Below are positions 15,001 to 26,800 of a DNA stretch of 64,000 nt, piece by piece. This DNA comes from Paragordius varius (lineage: Eukaryota; Animalia; Nematomorpha): NCBI GenBank assembly GCA_964247055.1, contig OZ176053.1:3348001-3412000 (forward strand), read 5' to 3'. Below the pieces are notes generated by a model. The model searched no databases. It saw only the letters and a list, made by a program, of their open reading frames with translations, and was not told where the DNA came from. The stretch's first letter is position 1. Every line of letters starts with the position of its first letter. A program made the translations under genes and the position numbers.

Positions 15001-16336
15001 TGATTTACGATTTGATTAAAAGTTAAAAATAAACAAAAAAGTCAAAGGACCAACTTGAACTGTTCAAGGACCAACTTGAAGTGTTCAAGGACCAACTTGA
15101 AATGTTCAAGGACCAACTTGAAGTGTTCAAGGACCAACTTGAAATGTTCAAGGACCAACTTGAAGTGTTCAAGGACACTCTTGAAGTGTAAATGGTATAT
15201 ATTGTGTCAAGAGGGTCTCTTGTTAAATTTAAATTTGGGATAAAGCAAATGATGGACTTTAATAAAAAATTGCGTTTAATAATTCCAAAATATTTAGCTG
15301 ATTTACACAACTGTTTTTTTAGCTATGAAAATAAAGACAAATTTCATTATACATTAACACTTGAATACAACACACTCATTTTAGTCCTTCGATTCAAATT
15401 GGGGTAGTTGGATACCCCAGGCCTGTTTAAAATCAAATACTTTAAAAAGTATGGAAGCAATCGAAACCATAATTTTATACTTATATAACATTAATAAACC
15501 GAAATATATAAAAAATTTTATTCAAAAATACTTGATATTACTTATGTTGAGCTAAAACGGAAACGTAAAAATTTAGTCAACGTGACATGTGTCAAATTGT
15601 AAAATTAAAAAATAATACAAAATAAACCGCTTTTTCTATTTCTATCAATGTTAGATGTAATTTATATAAAAAATCAGCTTTGGTTTTGCTCTTAAAATTA
15701 AAAGAAGGCGATATTTTGCAAAATTTTTGTAAAATAAAAATGGCGTCGAAGTAGTTTGAGATGGAACTTTTTTTAAAAAACAAAATTTTATCAAGATATT
15801 TTGGCATATTTATATAATATTTATTCGGATAGAAGCATAAATTCAAATTGGAACCGTTTCCTTCAGTAGTTTTTAAAAAATTTTTATTTAAATTTAGTCT
15901 GGGGTATTTAGATACCCCAATTTAAATCGAAGTGTTAAATTAATATTAAGGATAATATATAAACACCCAATATTACAGTCTGTATCCTTTACGTTATTAA
16001 ATAATTTTTTTTGTTAAATGGGTAAAATATTTGGTAGAATGAAAAAAACAAGAGTTCTATGGTATTAACCATATCATACATATTCAATAAAAATGTAAAA
16101 GAAGTATGGGGGAGAGCTTTGGAAATCTTTGGTAAAAAATGAAAATCTTAAAATATTGTTAAAGGGGGGGTAGTATTTTTGTTTATTTTTTTACAAAATT
16201 TTATTACTATTTTTTTCGAAAAATATTTTATTTTAAACAAAACAAATAAACCATGTAAATATTAATTTTTATATATAGGTAAAAAAATATTTAATCTATT
16301 AAACAGATATAGCAATGAAATTTAAAGATGTAATCA

Positions 16337-16399
<63 letters not shown>

Positions 16400-17926
16400 A
16401 CATATATATATATATGTATATATATGACTTTATTTTATCAAAAATTTACTTTTTTTCGTTAAATGGGTATAAATATTTGGTAAAGAATAGGAACATCAAG
16501 AGCTCTATGGTATTAATAATATCATATCAAAAAAGTATAAGAATAACCATAGAGCCTATTTTTGACCAAATATTTATACCCATTTAACGATAAAAAATAA
16601 TTTTGATAAAAAAAGATACATGACTGTAAGTTATATTTATTTTGTGCATGATCGAAACATGCAACATGGAATCTTAAAATATCAACAATTTTCACCAGGA
16701 CTCCAAAAATTTAATATTTAACAAGATAATCAGCTGTTTGCCGTTTTATTGACATTATTCACCTATATGGCGTTTGATCCAAAATTTTTCTTGGAATCCT
16801 AAAGCCCTCGTTCACTTATTTTAAAAAATTTATGACCTTAACGTTAATATAAATCGATTATTTATTATACATTTTACTCAATAAAATATTTAGACTGCGC
16901 TTTCGAATTCAACAGTATGGTAAATAATAATGGAACATTCACCAGCCCCAATTTTCCTGGGTTTTACCCACGAGACACGGAATGTTTTTACTTTTTTTAC
17001 GGAAAGCCGGAAGAAAAAATTAGAATATTTTTCCTATATTTTGATATTGAAGGGATATTTCCGTAAGTATATGATTTAAATCAGTCTTGTTATAAATAAT
17101 ACAATGATAATTTTTGCAAACAGAATTAAGAAGCAATTTGTCATAAATTATAACATTTCGCTGGAAAATCAGGACTATTACAGTAAAAAATGAAATTATA
17201 CAGACACAACGTAAAATTATAAAAAAATTTTCGAAAGACAATATAAATCTTTTTTTCTCCTAGTAAATTATTTAATTAAATTTTAAAATATATAATTGAT
17301 TGTGTTACCAATATACATCTCAAATTCACACATGGCGATTTAAAAGAATGAATTATATTTAAAAAAAAACAAGTTTAATAAAGTACATCAGTCATTTTAT
17401 AATAAATATTTGTCTTTATATTTTTACCTTTTTTCGGTGTAATTTCAATTTATACGCTATCTTTTTATATACGCATGAGATGTGTGCAATTGTTTTTAAT
17501 ACAGGATGCATTTTAATGCTAGCGCTGGTCAATTGGCAACACAGTATTGTATGGAAAAACAATAAAATGTTAAATAATATAAATAAAGTAGTAAAAATAG
17601 GACAAAATTTTATTTAACATTTTATTATTGTTTTTTCATATACTACTGTGTTGCCGATCGACCAACTATAATGTGATTAAGGTATCATTAAAATGCATAC
17701 TGATATTTAAAAAATTTGTGTTGCAGATGTATTGGTGATACAGAAAGTGATTACATAGAATTATCAAACTATCGGTCAGTAGACCGCAAATTCCCACGCT
17801 ACTGCGGAGGAACTAAACCACCTACCATTGTTTCCGACAATAATTTTTTCCGCATAACATTCAAAAGTAATGCGTTATTCGATGCCAGCGGGTTCGAAGC
17901 TCATTATCAATTCTACACACCAATAG
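2325..17926 (+). CDS. sol-1: Multi-CUB-domain protein, suppressor of lurcher 1 (SOL-1)-like; internal exons only, 5' end lies upstream of the window
   Basis: Six phase-compatible AG/GT exons: 2325-2710 (CLDAPNQIKIYDG...YLSSGPQLLLLYYH...GYQFSYRF), 6586-6772 (TCDKTI...NGTITSPNYPAPYPGKQQCIYQF), 7556-7746 (CLDVDVVEI...FCGSTLPPSVMSSG...GFKFQYSF), 14475-14513 (DFGIRTGKQDNSY), 16894-17062 (CAFEF...NGTFTSPNFPGFYPRDTECFYFF...FDIEGIFP), 17727-17926 (CIGDTESDYIELSNY...RYCG...FRITFKSN...GFEAHYQF). The CUB identity is clear. The SOL-1 assignment rests on recalled family motifs (DFGI linker, YPRDTEC, FDxEGxxPC). Confidence 0.8.
3836..4112. mobile_element. Non-autonomous DNA element with TATACCAT...ATGGTATA ends and subterminal inverted repeats
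   Basis: Ends TATACCAT / ATGGTATA; internal CACCCTCGAACAATTTAAATTCACCCTAA mirrored by TTAGGGTGAATTCGAATTGTTAGAGGGT; a related copy lies at 8183-8468. Confidence 0.6.
8183..8468. mobile_element. Second copy of the TACCAT-ended inverted-repeat element (left terminus eroded)
   Basis: CAATTCACCCTTGAACAATTCAACACCCTCGAACAATTCAAATTTACCCTAA mirrored at 8401-8455; right end AATGGTATA. Confidence 0.6.
8510..9633. mobile_element. Non-autonomous CMC-superfamily (Chapaev3/CACTA-like) DNA transposon, 1124 bp
   Basis: 18-bp perfect TIR CACTAGACAACAAATTTT / AAAATTTGTTGTCTAGTG, flanked on both sides by TAA (3-bp TSD). Confidence 0.75.
10600..12585 (+). mobile_element. Tandem cluster of non-autonomous Helitron segments
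   Basis: A|TCTATATATTTATAAAAATGG 5' ends at 11013, 11553 and 12426. One 3' end: hairpin GCTGC-GTA-GCAGC, then CTAG|T at 12582-12586. Blocks repeat with offsets of 540 and 870 bp. Confidence 0.75.
12586..13677. repeat. Foldback (long inverted repeat) element, ~1.09 kb
   Basis: 12586-~12900 is the near-perfect reverse complement of ~13360-13677; the centre holds degenerate repeats of the CAGGTGAAAATTG...GTTTT motif. Confidence 0.85.
13780..13992. mobile_element. Partial copy (one end) of the Tc1/mariner-type MITE family
   Basis: Ends in CTACATGACTG|TA and matches the reverse complement of 15976-16150. Confidence 0.55.
14570..15199. mobile_element. TACCAT-ended DNA element with a subterminal 21-bp tandem array
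   Basis: TIR TATACCATTTGCACTTCAAGAGTGTCCTTGAACAC / GTGTTCAAGGACACTCTTGAAGTGTAAATGGTATA; about 7 copies of CAAGGACCAACTTGAA(G/A/C)TGTT at 15044-15190. Confidence 0.75.
15358..15934 (+). mobile_element. piggyBac-like MITE (TTAA target), copy 1
   Basis: TTAA|CACTT...AAGTG|TTAA, with subterminal repeat TTCGATTCAAATTGGGGTA at unequal distances from the two ends; four copies in the window. Confidence 0.8.
15976..16626. mobile_element. Longer Tc1/mariner-type MITE of the 885-1041 family, containing a (TA)n microsatellite
   Basis: TA|CAGTCTGTATCCTTT ... GATACATGACTG|TA; a second left-end-like segment near 16430-16500. Confidence 0.7.
16341..16424. repeat. (TA)n microsatellite, slightly interrupted
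   Basis: About 40 TA units seen directly; shorter TA runs near 5780, 6000 and 18826-18861. Confidence 0.95.
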
Positions 17927-18823
17927 GTATTTTTATTTAATTGTTTTTTAATGGATATCCTGTTGAACATAAAATTAGATGAAATTATACAGACAAAATT
18001 TAATAAGTAAACGCAAATATTTTTTTAAATGGCAATATTTGTAAAACGTTGATATTTTTAATTATAACTTATCATGTTTCGCAAAATAAATATATATGAT
18101 TAGTACACTCATATATATAGATTTTAAAAATGTAATTCTAAATAGTTTGTTTTTGAAATATCAAGTTTAAAAAGTATAGTCTTTTTAAAAAAAATATTCT
18201 TTTAATATTTACGTTTTGTCCCTATTATTTCAATTTTTACTGTGAACGTTTTTAATTTTTCAATATCAGATTATTTATCATAGAAATAATTAATTTAAAT
18301 ATATTTAATACACCTGAGCTGATTTTAAATTATAAAAAAATCAACTTTTACCATGTTTTAAATAATCATCTCGTGGGACATTTTTGCCCTTGTAATTTAA
18401 GTAAAAAGATTATAACCACCCAGATATTAATCGATATTTTTTCAAAAAAATTTAGAAAATAAAATTCAATACAACTATCAAAATTTTGGAAGAAAAAGCT
18501 CAATTCCTCAAACACATCTCACATATCTCATTCTTATTATATTTTTAAATTATTTATATGGTTAATTTTTATATTTTATATGTAATTAGGAACCAAATAG
18601 TTCTTCCAAAAATATTAAATTTACGATGATATATATACATATTCTACATATCCACAGAGTCATAATCAATTATTTTGTATTAATTTTTTATAAATGCAAT
18701 CAGTGTATATTATTATAATAAATAAATTTTAAAAACGATAAAAGTTTAATTAAAAAAACTAAATAGCCACTATAAAATCCCAAAAGTAAGTTGATTGATT
18801 GTAATTTAAGAGATTTACACTGG

Positions 18824-18863
<40 letters not shown>

Positions 18864-19125
18864 TCTTAAATATATATATAGAATTTTCTGTGCTCAATAA
18901 ATTTCTGAGGTAGTAAATAATTTTAACTATAGTTTTAACGGTTTTCTATGGTAAATCAAAGCCTATACAACACCGAATATCAATTTTAGCTTAAAAGTAC
19001 AATTACTTATCATTCAAACAAATGTGGTTTAGGTTTTGGTGCCATGTTCACCATTGAATTATGAGTTATGATGAAAATTGCATGATTCAACTTCAAAGTT
19101 TTAAAAAAGATTTTTTATTTTACAG

Positions 19126-19238
19126 TAGCCATAGTTATAAGAATGACAAATGATATATTTAACTTTGTTTTAATATGTCGAACAATTGTTTCGTTTTTAA
19201 AATTTTCCTTAATAATAATAGCTTTGTCAGTATTTTAG
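19126..19238 (+). CDS. Candidate terminal exon of the SOL-1-like gene (hydrophobic C-terminus)
   Basis: Strong acceptor TTTTTTATTTTACAG, phase 1 matching the 17926 donor; reads VAIVIRMTNDIFNFVLICRTIVSFLKFSLIIIALSVF*. Confidence 0.5.
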
Positions 19239-20709
19239 TTTTTAAAAAACGACCTATTCATTATGATTTTGGGTTTCTAAAGATGTTTAGTAAAATAAGA
19301 AGGTAGAGTGTACATTATGTATGTATATTATCTTTAAACTGTCCTATTTCGAAACAACCACTAATCATTATACACATTACTAGTTTACCAATGTTGCCAT
19401 TGATAGGGATAGTCATTATTAACGAAAAACTTTATGTCATCATTCATCAGTAATTTCTAATGATTTTCCTGGTTTTACACTAACTCTAGTCACCTAATGT
19501 TCTTATCTAAGATTTTCTTCACCATATATCAATTTAAGTTTTTCGTTGAGAATGATGAAGATACATGTAGTAAGTTTTCATCTAAATATATAAATTCCCA
19601 AACTAATAATTCAATTATATCCCTTTTCACAGGCAAAAACTAACTTGCGGCATCATTTTTTAACATTGGTTCGAATTTTGTTTCATAATTTTTTACATAG
19701 ATTCATGAGCTAAATATGATAAAAATCAAAAATAGGAAACTCAAATACGTCATATAAACAAATTAAATAAGAATAATGCAAGAATATATCAATTTCCTTT
19801 AATATTTATATGAAAGATAATACGTTTAAATAGGGCCATGTTAATCAACCTTAAAACAGCATTTTGGGAAATGGACCTCGTTAACGTTAAGAATAACCAA
19901 ATTGAATTTCTAAATTTCTTATGGCTTAATTTTTAAAACAATTTAAACCAATTTTGTGGCTTAATTTAATGCCTTATAACTGAAAATGTAAGTGAAAAAT
20001 ATTGTTTTATAATATGTTTGAGCCTACTTCAAATGAATCATTCTTATAAAGGAATTTATGACTGCTCAACGGCTCATTACATGTCAATTTTTATGCAAAT
20101 ATACATTTTGAATTATTGCAGTGAATTTGTTATAAAAATTTTATGTTAAAAATTATTTTTGCTAAAATTCTCAAATTTTACTTTAAAAGAATTTTTGTTT
20201 TATAATTTCTAGTTTAAATTTCAAGAGTTTTATTTCATATGAATTTTTTAATATTATAATTTGCAATTTGCCGTTAAATTCTTACATACTAATAAATTAT
20301 ATTTCTTTATTTAGCTGGAATGCTTCCATTTAATACGGAAAAAATATAAAAAAAAGGTTTAAGAGGTCACGTTTTTCTAAATTTTATATTTCTAAGAAAT
20401 TTTTTTATTAAATATACGTCCTTAAAACCCCCTTATCATCAGTATTTTTAGAGTATTAAAATCTTCAATTTGGGGTAAAAACCCCTATCTTTTTTATTAT
20501 ACGTTTTTTAGACATCTTAACCAGGGATGTCGAAGATGCGGCCATCCAAAATATTTATTCAGCCCGCTAAAAATTTTAAACACAAAATTTTACGAAATCT
20601 AAGAGATTTTGTTAACCTAGTTTTTTCATTAATCTTTCCGAATTTTGGCAATGAACTAGCAAAAAATGTTAAAATAGGTTATTTTACAGTAGGTCTTAAT
20701 TCTTATATA

Positions 20710-22517
20710 TTAGCTGACCCTGTCACGCTTCGCTGTGACGTAGTCTCACCGATAATTATTCTAAGTAATTTGCAATAAATAGAGGTAATGGAGTTAAAAA
20801 AATAATAAAAAAAATATTTTATAAAAAGAATGTCTTATTCTTTTACGGGTTTTTGCATGGACTCAAATATTGCTAACTCAAAATTGACTACATTTTCACT
20901 GTCATTAAAGTAAATATTCAACTATCATTGGATTTATTTTGAGATTTTTACGAAATCATGGTTAAAAGTTTTATTTTGAAATTATGTTCAGACAGGTGGG
21001 ATCAAGGAATCATTTGTGGTCCCTTTCTAAAGGAGAGAATGAACTGTCGTATCGCTTCTTAGGTTTTTTGAAAATTAGCTTCAAAACCACGCCATTTTTG
21101 TACGTCTCAGTTTTAAACCGGTAGACCCCTACATTCATAGACCTGTATGGAAAAGCGCTGTAAAATCTTTGCCTTTATAGAGCAAATATTTGGAATCATC
21201 TTCGATATTATCGTCTCAGGGTTATTCGAAAAAATACCTCAACACTTAATAATCGTTGTGTGATGCGTATTTTAAGGGCATAAAGGCCCCAAATTAACGG
21301 CTAATAAAAAACACCTGACCTTAATTTTTACCTAGTTACGGGTATTATTTCAAGCTTTTAATGAAGTCATATGGTTTCATAAATTTGTAAATTAGCTCCA
21401 AAACAGCGCGATTTCTACATAGTGGCTCAGTTTTTGGCGGGTAGCTCGGCAGGTATAAAAAAAATGTTGAGCAAAATTTTCGCATTTATAAGGGGGGAAT
21501 ACATGGAATCATTATTCATTCCTTATGTTCTTAATAGTTTATGGAAGAATGGCTTCAAAACTAAATAATAGTTCAATGATAGTGCATTTTTTAGGGCGTA
21601 AAGGGCCTATTTAACCGCTAATTTTAAAAAACCGCTCGACTTAAATTTATGCCTTTTTACGGGAGGCCCTCATAAAACTTATATGGCCTGATAATTTTTC
21701 GGAAAATTAACGCCTAAACAACGTATTTTTGTTATGGCGCAGTTTTGGCGGGTGGCTCTATAGACAGAAGCTGATACAAAAAAAGCGCTTAATTAAATAT
21801 TTTTTACGGAGACCTGTAATCATGATTGATTCCATATCTCATTAGTTTTTGGAAAAACTGCCTCAAAATTGAAAAATCATTCTATGGCGGCGCATTTTTC
21901 AGAGCGTGAAGGGCCTAATTAACGGCTAATTTTAAAAACCTTGCCTTGTTACGGGTAATTTTAGTTTTCTGAATAGCCCCAAAGGCACGCTATTTCGATA
22001 TGACGAGTCAGTTTTTAGCGGGTATCTTTTTACCTAGCAGCTATCATCAAAAAAGACTTGACTAAAATTTTTGCCTTTTAACAGGGAATACCTGGACTCC
22101 TTATTGAATATTTACGGGCTCATACTTTGGGCGAAAAATAGATTCAAAAAATTATTTTTGTGGACCTAATTTTTTTGAAAAAAAATGTCATTTTACGGGG
22201 GGAGCGGGTAAAAAGAGGGCCTAAATTAAAAAAGCGAGCCGACTATGTTCGGCGCAATCGAAAATAAGTAAAAAAATCATATTTGAAATCAAATGGTCCA
22301 ACACGTTGTCCAGAAAATTGTCTCAAAGACACGATTTAAAACCCGTTTTTCACACGGGGTGGGCCCGAACTGGGGGCTTATTTCGAAAAAAGGGCGAAGC
22401 TATTGTCGGGGCATTCATTAATGATTATATTTTTTCGATATTTGGTTTGAATGTGTCTACCGGTTTTTCGGAAACAGATCACAAAGCCACCACTTTCCAT
22501 TTTTATAAATATATAGA
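20710..22517 (-). mobile_element. Non-autonomous Helitron, apparently complete (~1.8 kb)
   Basis: On the minus strand: 5' A|TCTATATATTTATAAAAATGG at 22517; 3' hairpin GTCAC-AGCGAAGC-GTGAC followed by CTAA|T at 20713-20709. The body is homologous to the 10.6-12.5 kb cluster. Confidence 0.75.
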
Positions 22518-22699
22518 TTTGTTAAGCCCAAATAAATTCCAAATGCGGCCCTCAAAGCCATTTGTGTTGGACACCCCTAATCTAAACTATAGTAAAAACC
22601 AAGCTATAAAAATATTAACATTCAAGCTACTTTATTTAAAAGCATTTAGGGAAATATGTCGACTTATAAAATTTTTTTGAATTAGGAATAGTTCTGATT

Positions 22700-22901
22700 A
22701 TCGCTATTTATTGTGATCAGTGGTTGTTGGAAACGTCTATTGCGTTATCGACTGTTAGCAATTTTATGGGATAACTTTCTCAACTCGGTTCTATCATGGG
22801 CTTTTCGAGATATTTTTTGCAGTGATATTTTGGAAAGTGATAAAATATCGTCCATCCAACGAATACGTCCCCCTTCCTCTCTCACCATTTATTTTTCCTA
22901 A
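22700..22901 (-). mobile_element. 5'-truncated RTE-clade LINE 3' end
   Basis: Reads LGKINGERGRG / (frameshift) RWMDDILSLSKISLQKISRKAHDRTELRKLSHKIANSR*, like the C-terminus of RTE/BovB-type ORFs. Confidence 0.7.
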
Positions 22902-23559
22902 TATTATATCATTTTCAAAGACAAAAAATATTTTACTTGCTCAAGGGCCATAATACCGATGAAATTTTCAAAGCTGTTTTATACATTTGTAGAATTTTTT
23001 ACTCCAAATAAATAAGTAAAAAATATAATGAATATTTCAGGTCATAAAAAGCTACTTTTAGGGCCACGGTTTAAGTATCGCTAATTTAGATTCTTATAAA
23101 TTTATAGGTTTACAGAATTGATCTTCCAGTAAATTAAGAAATCGAACACCTAAAAATTGGATCGCTGATTCGATTAAAAGTTTATACTAATTTATATCTT
23201 TTTTAATATTGACCCAATAATTATTAAATTAGTTGTCAGATATTAGTAATAAACGCTTTAATTATTTGATCTATAGTATAAGTGTCTATACTGGCCATAT
23301 TCCACTTAAACACATATTTGATTACCATTTTCACAGGTCTCAAACCAAAGTAATTTTTTTATAATGGGTCATATAAATGGTAAACAAAACCTACTTTAAA
23401 ACAGTTTGTTTGATTTTATACGAGAGGATTACGTTTTATCAACATATAAAATTGGCCGATTCGCCATAAAAATTATTTTCTATGCTTTAATTTATATATA
23501 ATCAATTTTAATGTTTTAATAAACATGAGAAAATTTAAAGTTTTACTTAACATATTAAA

Positions 23560-24830
23560 GATGGCTTTTTAGGTTTATATTAATGTGACCTGATAATTTG
23601 AACTTGACGCAGTACAAAATTAAAACCCTGTTTTTGCACCATCGGTGTGGTATATCACACAGTTTCCACAAAAAAATGATGAAATAATATTCTGATAGGA
23701 AAATATCAGGATTATCATGGTGCTTTGGTTTTAACCATTACGAGTTATTAAAGAAAGTTATAACACTTTTGTGGTAAATGCTCCGTATAAAATTGCAAAA
23801 GGTGCGCACTTTTTTCAAACATATTTTTTGGTGAAAGCTAAATGATTAATTTTAAAAAACATCACTAAAATATAACATAAACTACATAATGAAAAGGAAA
23901 ACAATATTTTAAAAATTTTAAATTTTTTGACGTGAGTAAAAGTCCCAATTTTTTGACTCTGTTAAAATAGACTGTTACATTAAAATAAACGCAAAATTCC
24001 GATGTGGAGTAATTTAAAATATATGATATCAGCTAAATATATTTTTAAACAAATGCAAATTTTCAAAAATATTTTTAGAAAAATTGTGTTGTTGAAGCAT
24101 ACTTCATACTATTTTGAGTATGATGGAAAGATTTAAACGGTTGAGATGTTATAAAATTTAATAAATTCGATAATGCTAAATATTTTTATCACTTAGATTT
24201 TGATTAAAAGATTCCGGTTTCAAATTAAGGTTAAATAAAAATTGTATTTTTTACAAAAATTCACCAAAATTTGCAAGCAAACAAACATTTAAATTAAAAT
24301 TTCAAATTTATTTATAAAAAAATAAGAAAACTAGTTTAGGAAATAAATTAAATAATATCATACCTCCCACCATATAGTTTTTGAAAAACGTAAAAACTTT
24401 TAATTTTTACGAAACATAAATTATTTCGAAATCATAAGCCATATATAATAAATTTTAAATAATAGTTACGGGAATAACAATTTTCTTTATATTCCACATA
24501 ATTATAACAAAAAATGTTTCTCAACTTCATCAAACATTTATGAAAATATCATAAATAAATTTTGTTAATTTTAAATTTTGAGGCACCTCTTTTTGCGGAT
24601 CCTGTGTGAAAGAGTCATTAGCCTGAATCTTACGTTGGAGTCCGAGATTTATAGTTTTACCACTGCGCGACAATTATAAGCGGTTCATATCCAAAATCCA
24701 ATTTATAATTCGAGCAGAAAATAAAAAATTAACGAATTAACAATAGACCAATCTTAGATTTTTTCCCTCAAAACGAACCATTTCATTACAAGTTACGGGC
24801 TAATTTTAACAGAGGGGTTACTATTTCAAA
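23560..24830. repeat. Diverged paralog of the 34.96-35.8 kb spacer block of the tandem array
   Basis: Shared motifs in similar order, e.g. TATCAGGATTATCAT, TTTGGTGAAAGCTAAATG, CCTCTTTTGCG, TCATTAGCC, TTATAAGCGGTT, AGCAGAAAATAAA, CCAATCTTAG. Confidence 0.7.
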
Positions 24831-25216
24831 TTCTAAAATAATTTTTTTGAATAAAAAAAGGTCTATTATATATTCGTAATCAGTTTTTTTTAATTTCAAA
24901 AGGCACTACAAAAGTGGGCGCAGTACAGTCGTAGTTTATTCTAAAAATCCAGTACTGTCTGTGAAAAACAGCCTATTTGGTCACATTAGTTTATATAGAT
25001 ATTGATTTTTGAAATAAAATTATAAATTGGAGTTAAATATCGATTCAAAGATGGGGCGTTTAAAAAATCATTGAACATAAATACATTTAAAGAGGAATAA
25101 CTGTTTATAGCTATCGCATTACAATGGTTCAAATTAATTTGTCAAGTCAAATACAGATATAAAATAATTTTATAAAAGAAAAATATTTGCCCATGGTAAA
25201 ATTTATTTATCACAAA

Positions 25217-25635
25217 TTATATATCATCATCCGAATCATCGATCCGATGTCGTTCAAACTAAAATTATATTTAATATACCTTGACTGTAGATTTCGGTTT
25301 TTGTTGTTGTTTAATTTGTTCCAAAATTTTTATAATTTGCTCTTCATTAAGCTTATATATTTTAATAAATTGTTACCTGAGATTGTATGCGGCCGTATTG
25401 TGCCATTTGAATTATCATATTTTCAAGCGATTTTCCCTTTTCAGGCTTGGCCAAAAGAATAGTACTGACTAAAATAAAATAGCAAAATATTACGTCTTGC
25501 TCTAGCCTTCTGATCTAACACAGAAGTTAATATATTATTTCGCATTTGTTCTTGTTTAGCAGCATATTCCTGAGCCTGTTCTTCTTGCTCCTTTTTATTG
25601 GAAACAGACTCTTCACCTTTTTGCTGTAAATTCAT
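25217..25635 (-). CDS. PDCD5: Programmed cell death protein 5 (115 aa, 4 exons)
   Basis: Exons 25635-25494, 25468-25377, 25351-25280, 25258-25217; GT-AG introns of 25, 25 and 21 nt. Spliced protein MNLQQKGEES...EQMRNNILTSVLDQKARARLSTILLAKPEKGKSLENMIIQMAQYGRIQSQLNEEQIIKILEQIKQQQKPKSTVKFERHRIDDSDDDI matches the PDCD5 family pattern throughout. Confidence 0.96.
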
Positions 25636-25684
25636 GTGCACGGGACTACCACCAAAATATTTGCCGTATGTTTAAATTTGATAT

Positions 25685-26301
25685 ATGAAAAATTTGAAAG
25701 TACCGACCCTAATATCTTACATTACTCGTTTACAAATTTATCATTTGCGAAGATTAGATGATATCAAATATAATACACGGTATATTATGGATACGTTTCC
25801 CATTTTGTCCGTAAACTACATCTATTATATTGATAAAAACATACTTTTAAAGTTAGATCCAATATAATCTTTAGCAATTTTCAACAAATACAAGAACACG
25901 ATAATAAAATTTTAGATAATTGGAAAAATATTAATGAGTTTCATTTAACAGCTAATGAACTGCAAAATCTTTTTTTAAAATTAGGGAATGCCAATACCAA
26001 TTCTCTTTTACCCTTTAATTTTGATGAAATCAAGAACCTTTTAATAACAAATAATATGCAAATCGTCACACCTAATTTAAATTATTTGCCACTTAAATCT
26101 AAAAAAGACAGAAAATCAACATTTTTATCATCTATTTTTTCAGAAGCCACATTAAAAAATATTTATAAAGAAAATGATAATTATTTAAAAGAAGACAAAC
26201 TAAATCTTTTACAACATTTAGATGATCATTATAAATATATGCACAAATCTCTTAAAAACATTTGGGTACAAAGATCATCAAATATACCTATAAATTTATG
26301 A
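25685..26301 (+). CDS. Uncharacterised protein (~197 aa, at least 2 exons), divergent from PDCD5
   Basis: Removing a 23-nt GT-AG intron (25852-25874, GTTAGATCCAATATAATCTTTAG) fuses the 25685 ORF in frame with an open frame running to the stop at 26301. No family recognised. Confidence 0.7.
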
Positions 26302-26800
26302 AAAATGTTAATATATTTTCAACATACTTGTAAATAAATGTTGATTATTAACTATTGCCGAATATAGATATTTTAATGTAAACTTTTATATAACTTCCAT
26401 GTGTCAAACATTGGTTTAAACCTAATATACTTGGAATGGTTTAACCTAAGAAATCCTTAAAACTGTCGTTTACCATACATCAAAAAATTTTAATCGATAA
26501 ACCATCGTTAAGTTTCTATTCGAAAACGGAAAATGTATCTTTGAGAAAAAAGGGAAGAATATAGAAGACGGACTAAGAACGGCATCTAGGGAAAAAAGAC
26601 ATGCGCACTAGCGCAAACTCAGTGAAATCGTATAAAATTGAAAGAGAGTATATAATGAGAAATGGGAAGGAAATGACCGTAACGCCGCAATTTAAAAAGA
26701 GAAATACAATAAATACAAAAAATACAAGGGTTTCAAAGCGAGTTTAATTTGGAAATTAGTAGAAGCGTTTCTTGTAATTATTGGCCGAAATCAGGTGGTT

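Noticed and set aside
15044-15190. Regular 21-bp repeats superficially like a CRISPR array
   Set aside because: Head-to-tail repeats without unique spacers, in a eukaryotic intron, with no cas genes.
15023-15310. ORFs with 7-aa repeats (CSRTNLK / SSWSLN)
   Set aside because: Translation of the 21-bp subterminal tandem array of a DNA element.
15592-15846. ORFs within the TTAA MITE copies (also 27987-28172, 32863-33304)
   Set aside because: Frames are not preserved between copies and there is no transposase similarity.
16315-16587. ORF with poly-(YI) tract (also 18700-18897)
   Set aside because: (TA)n microsatellite read-through.
26560-26720. Purine-rich stretch with slight resemblance to the last exon of the tandem family
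   Set aside because: Only a short TTGAAAGAG..TATAATGA match; no splice sites or reading frame to support homology.
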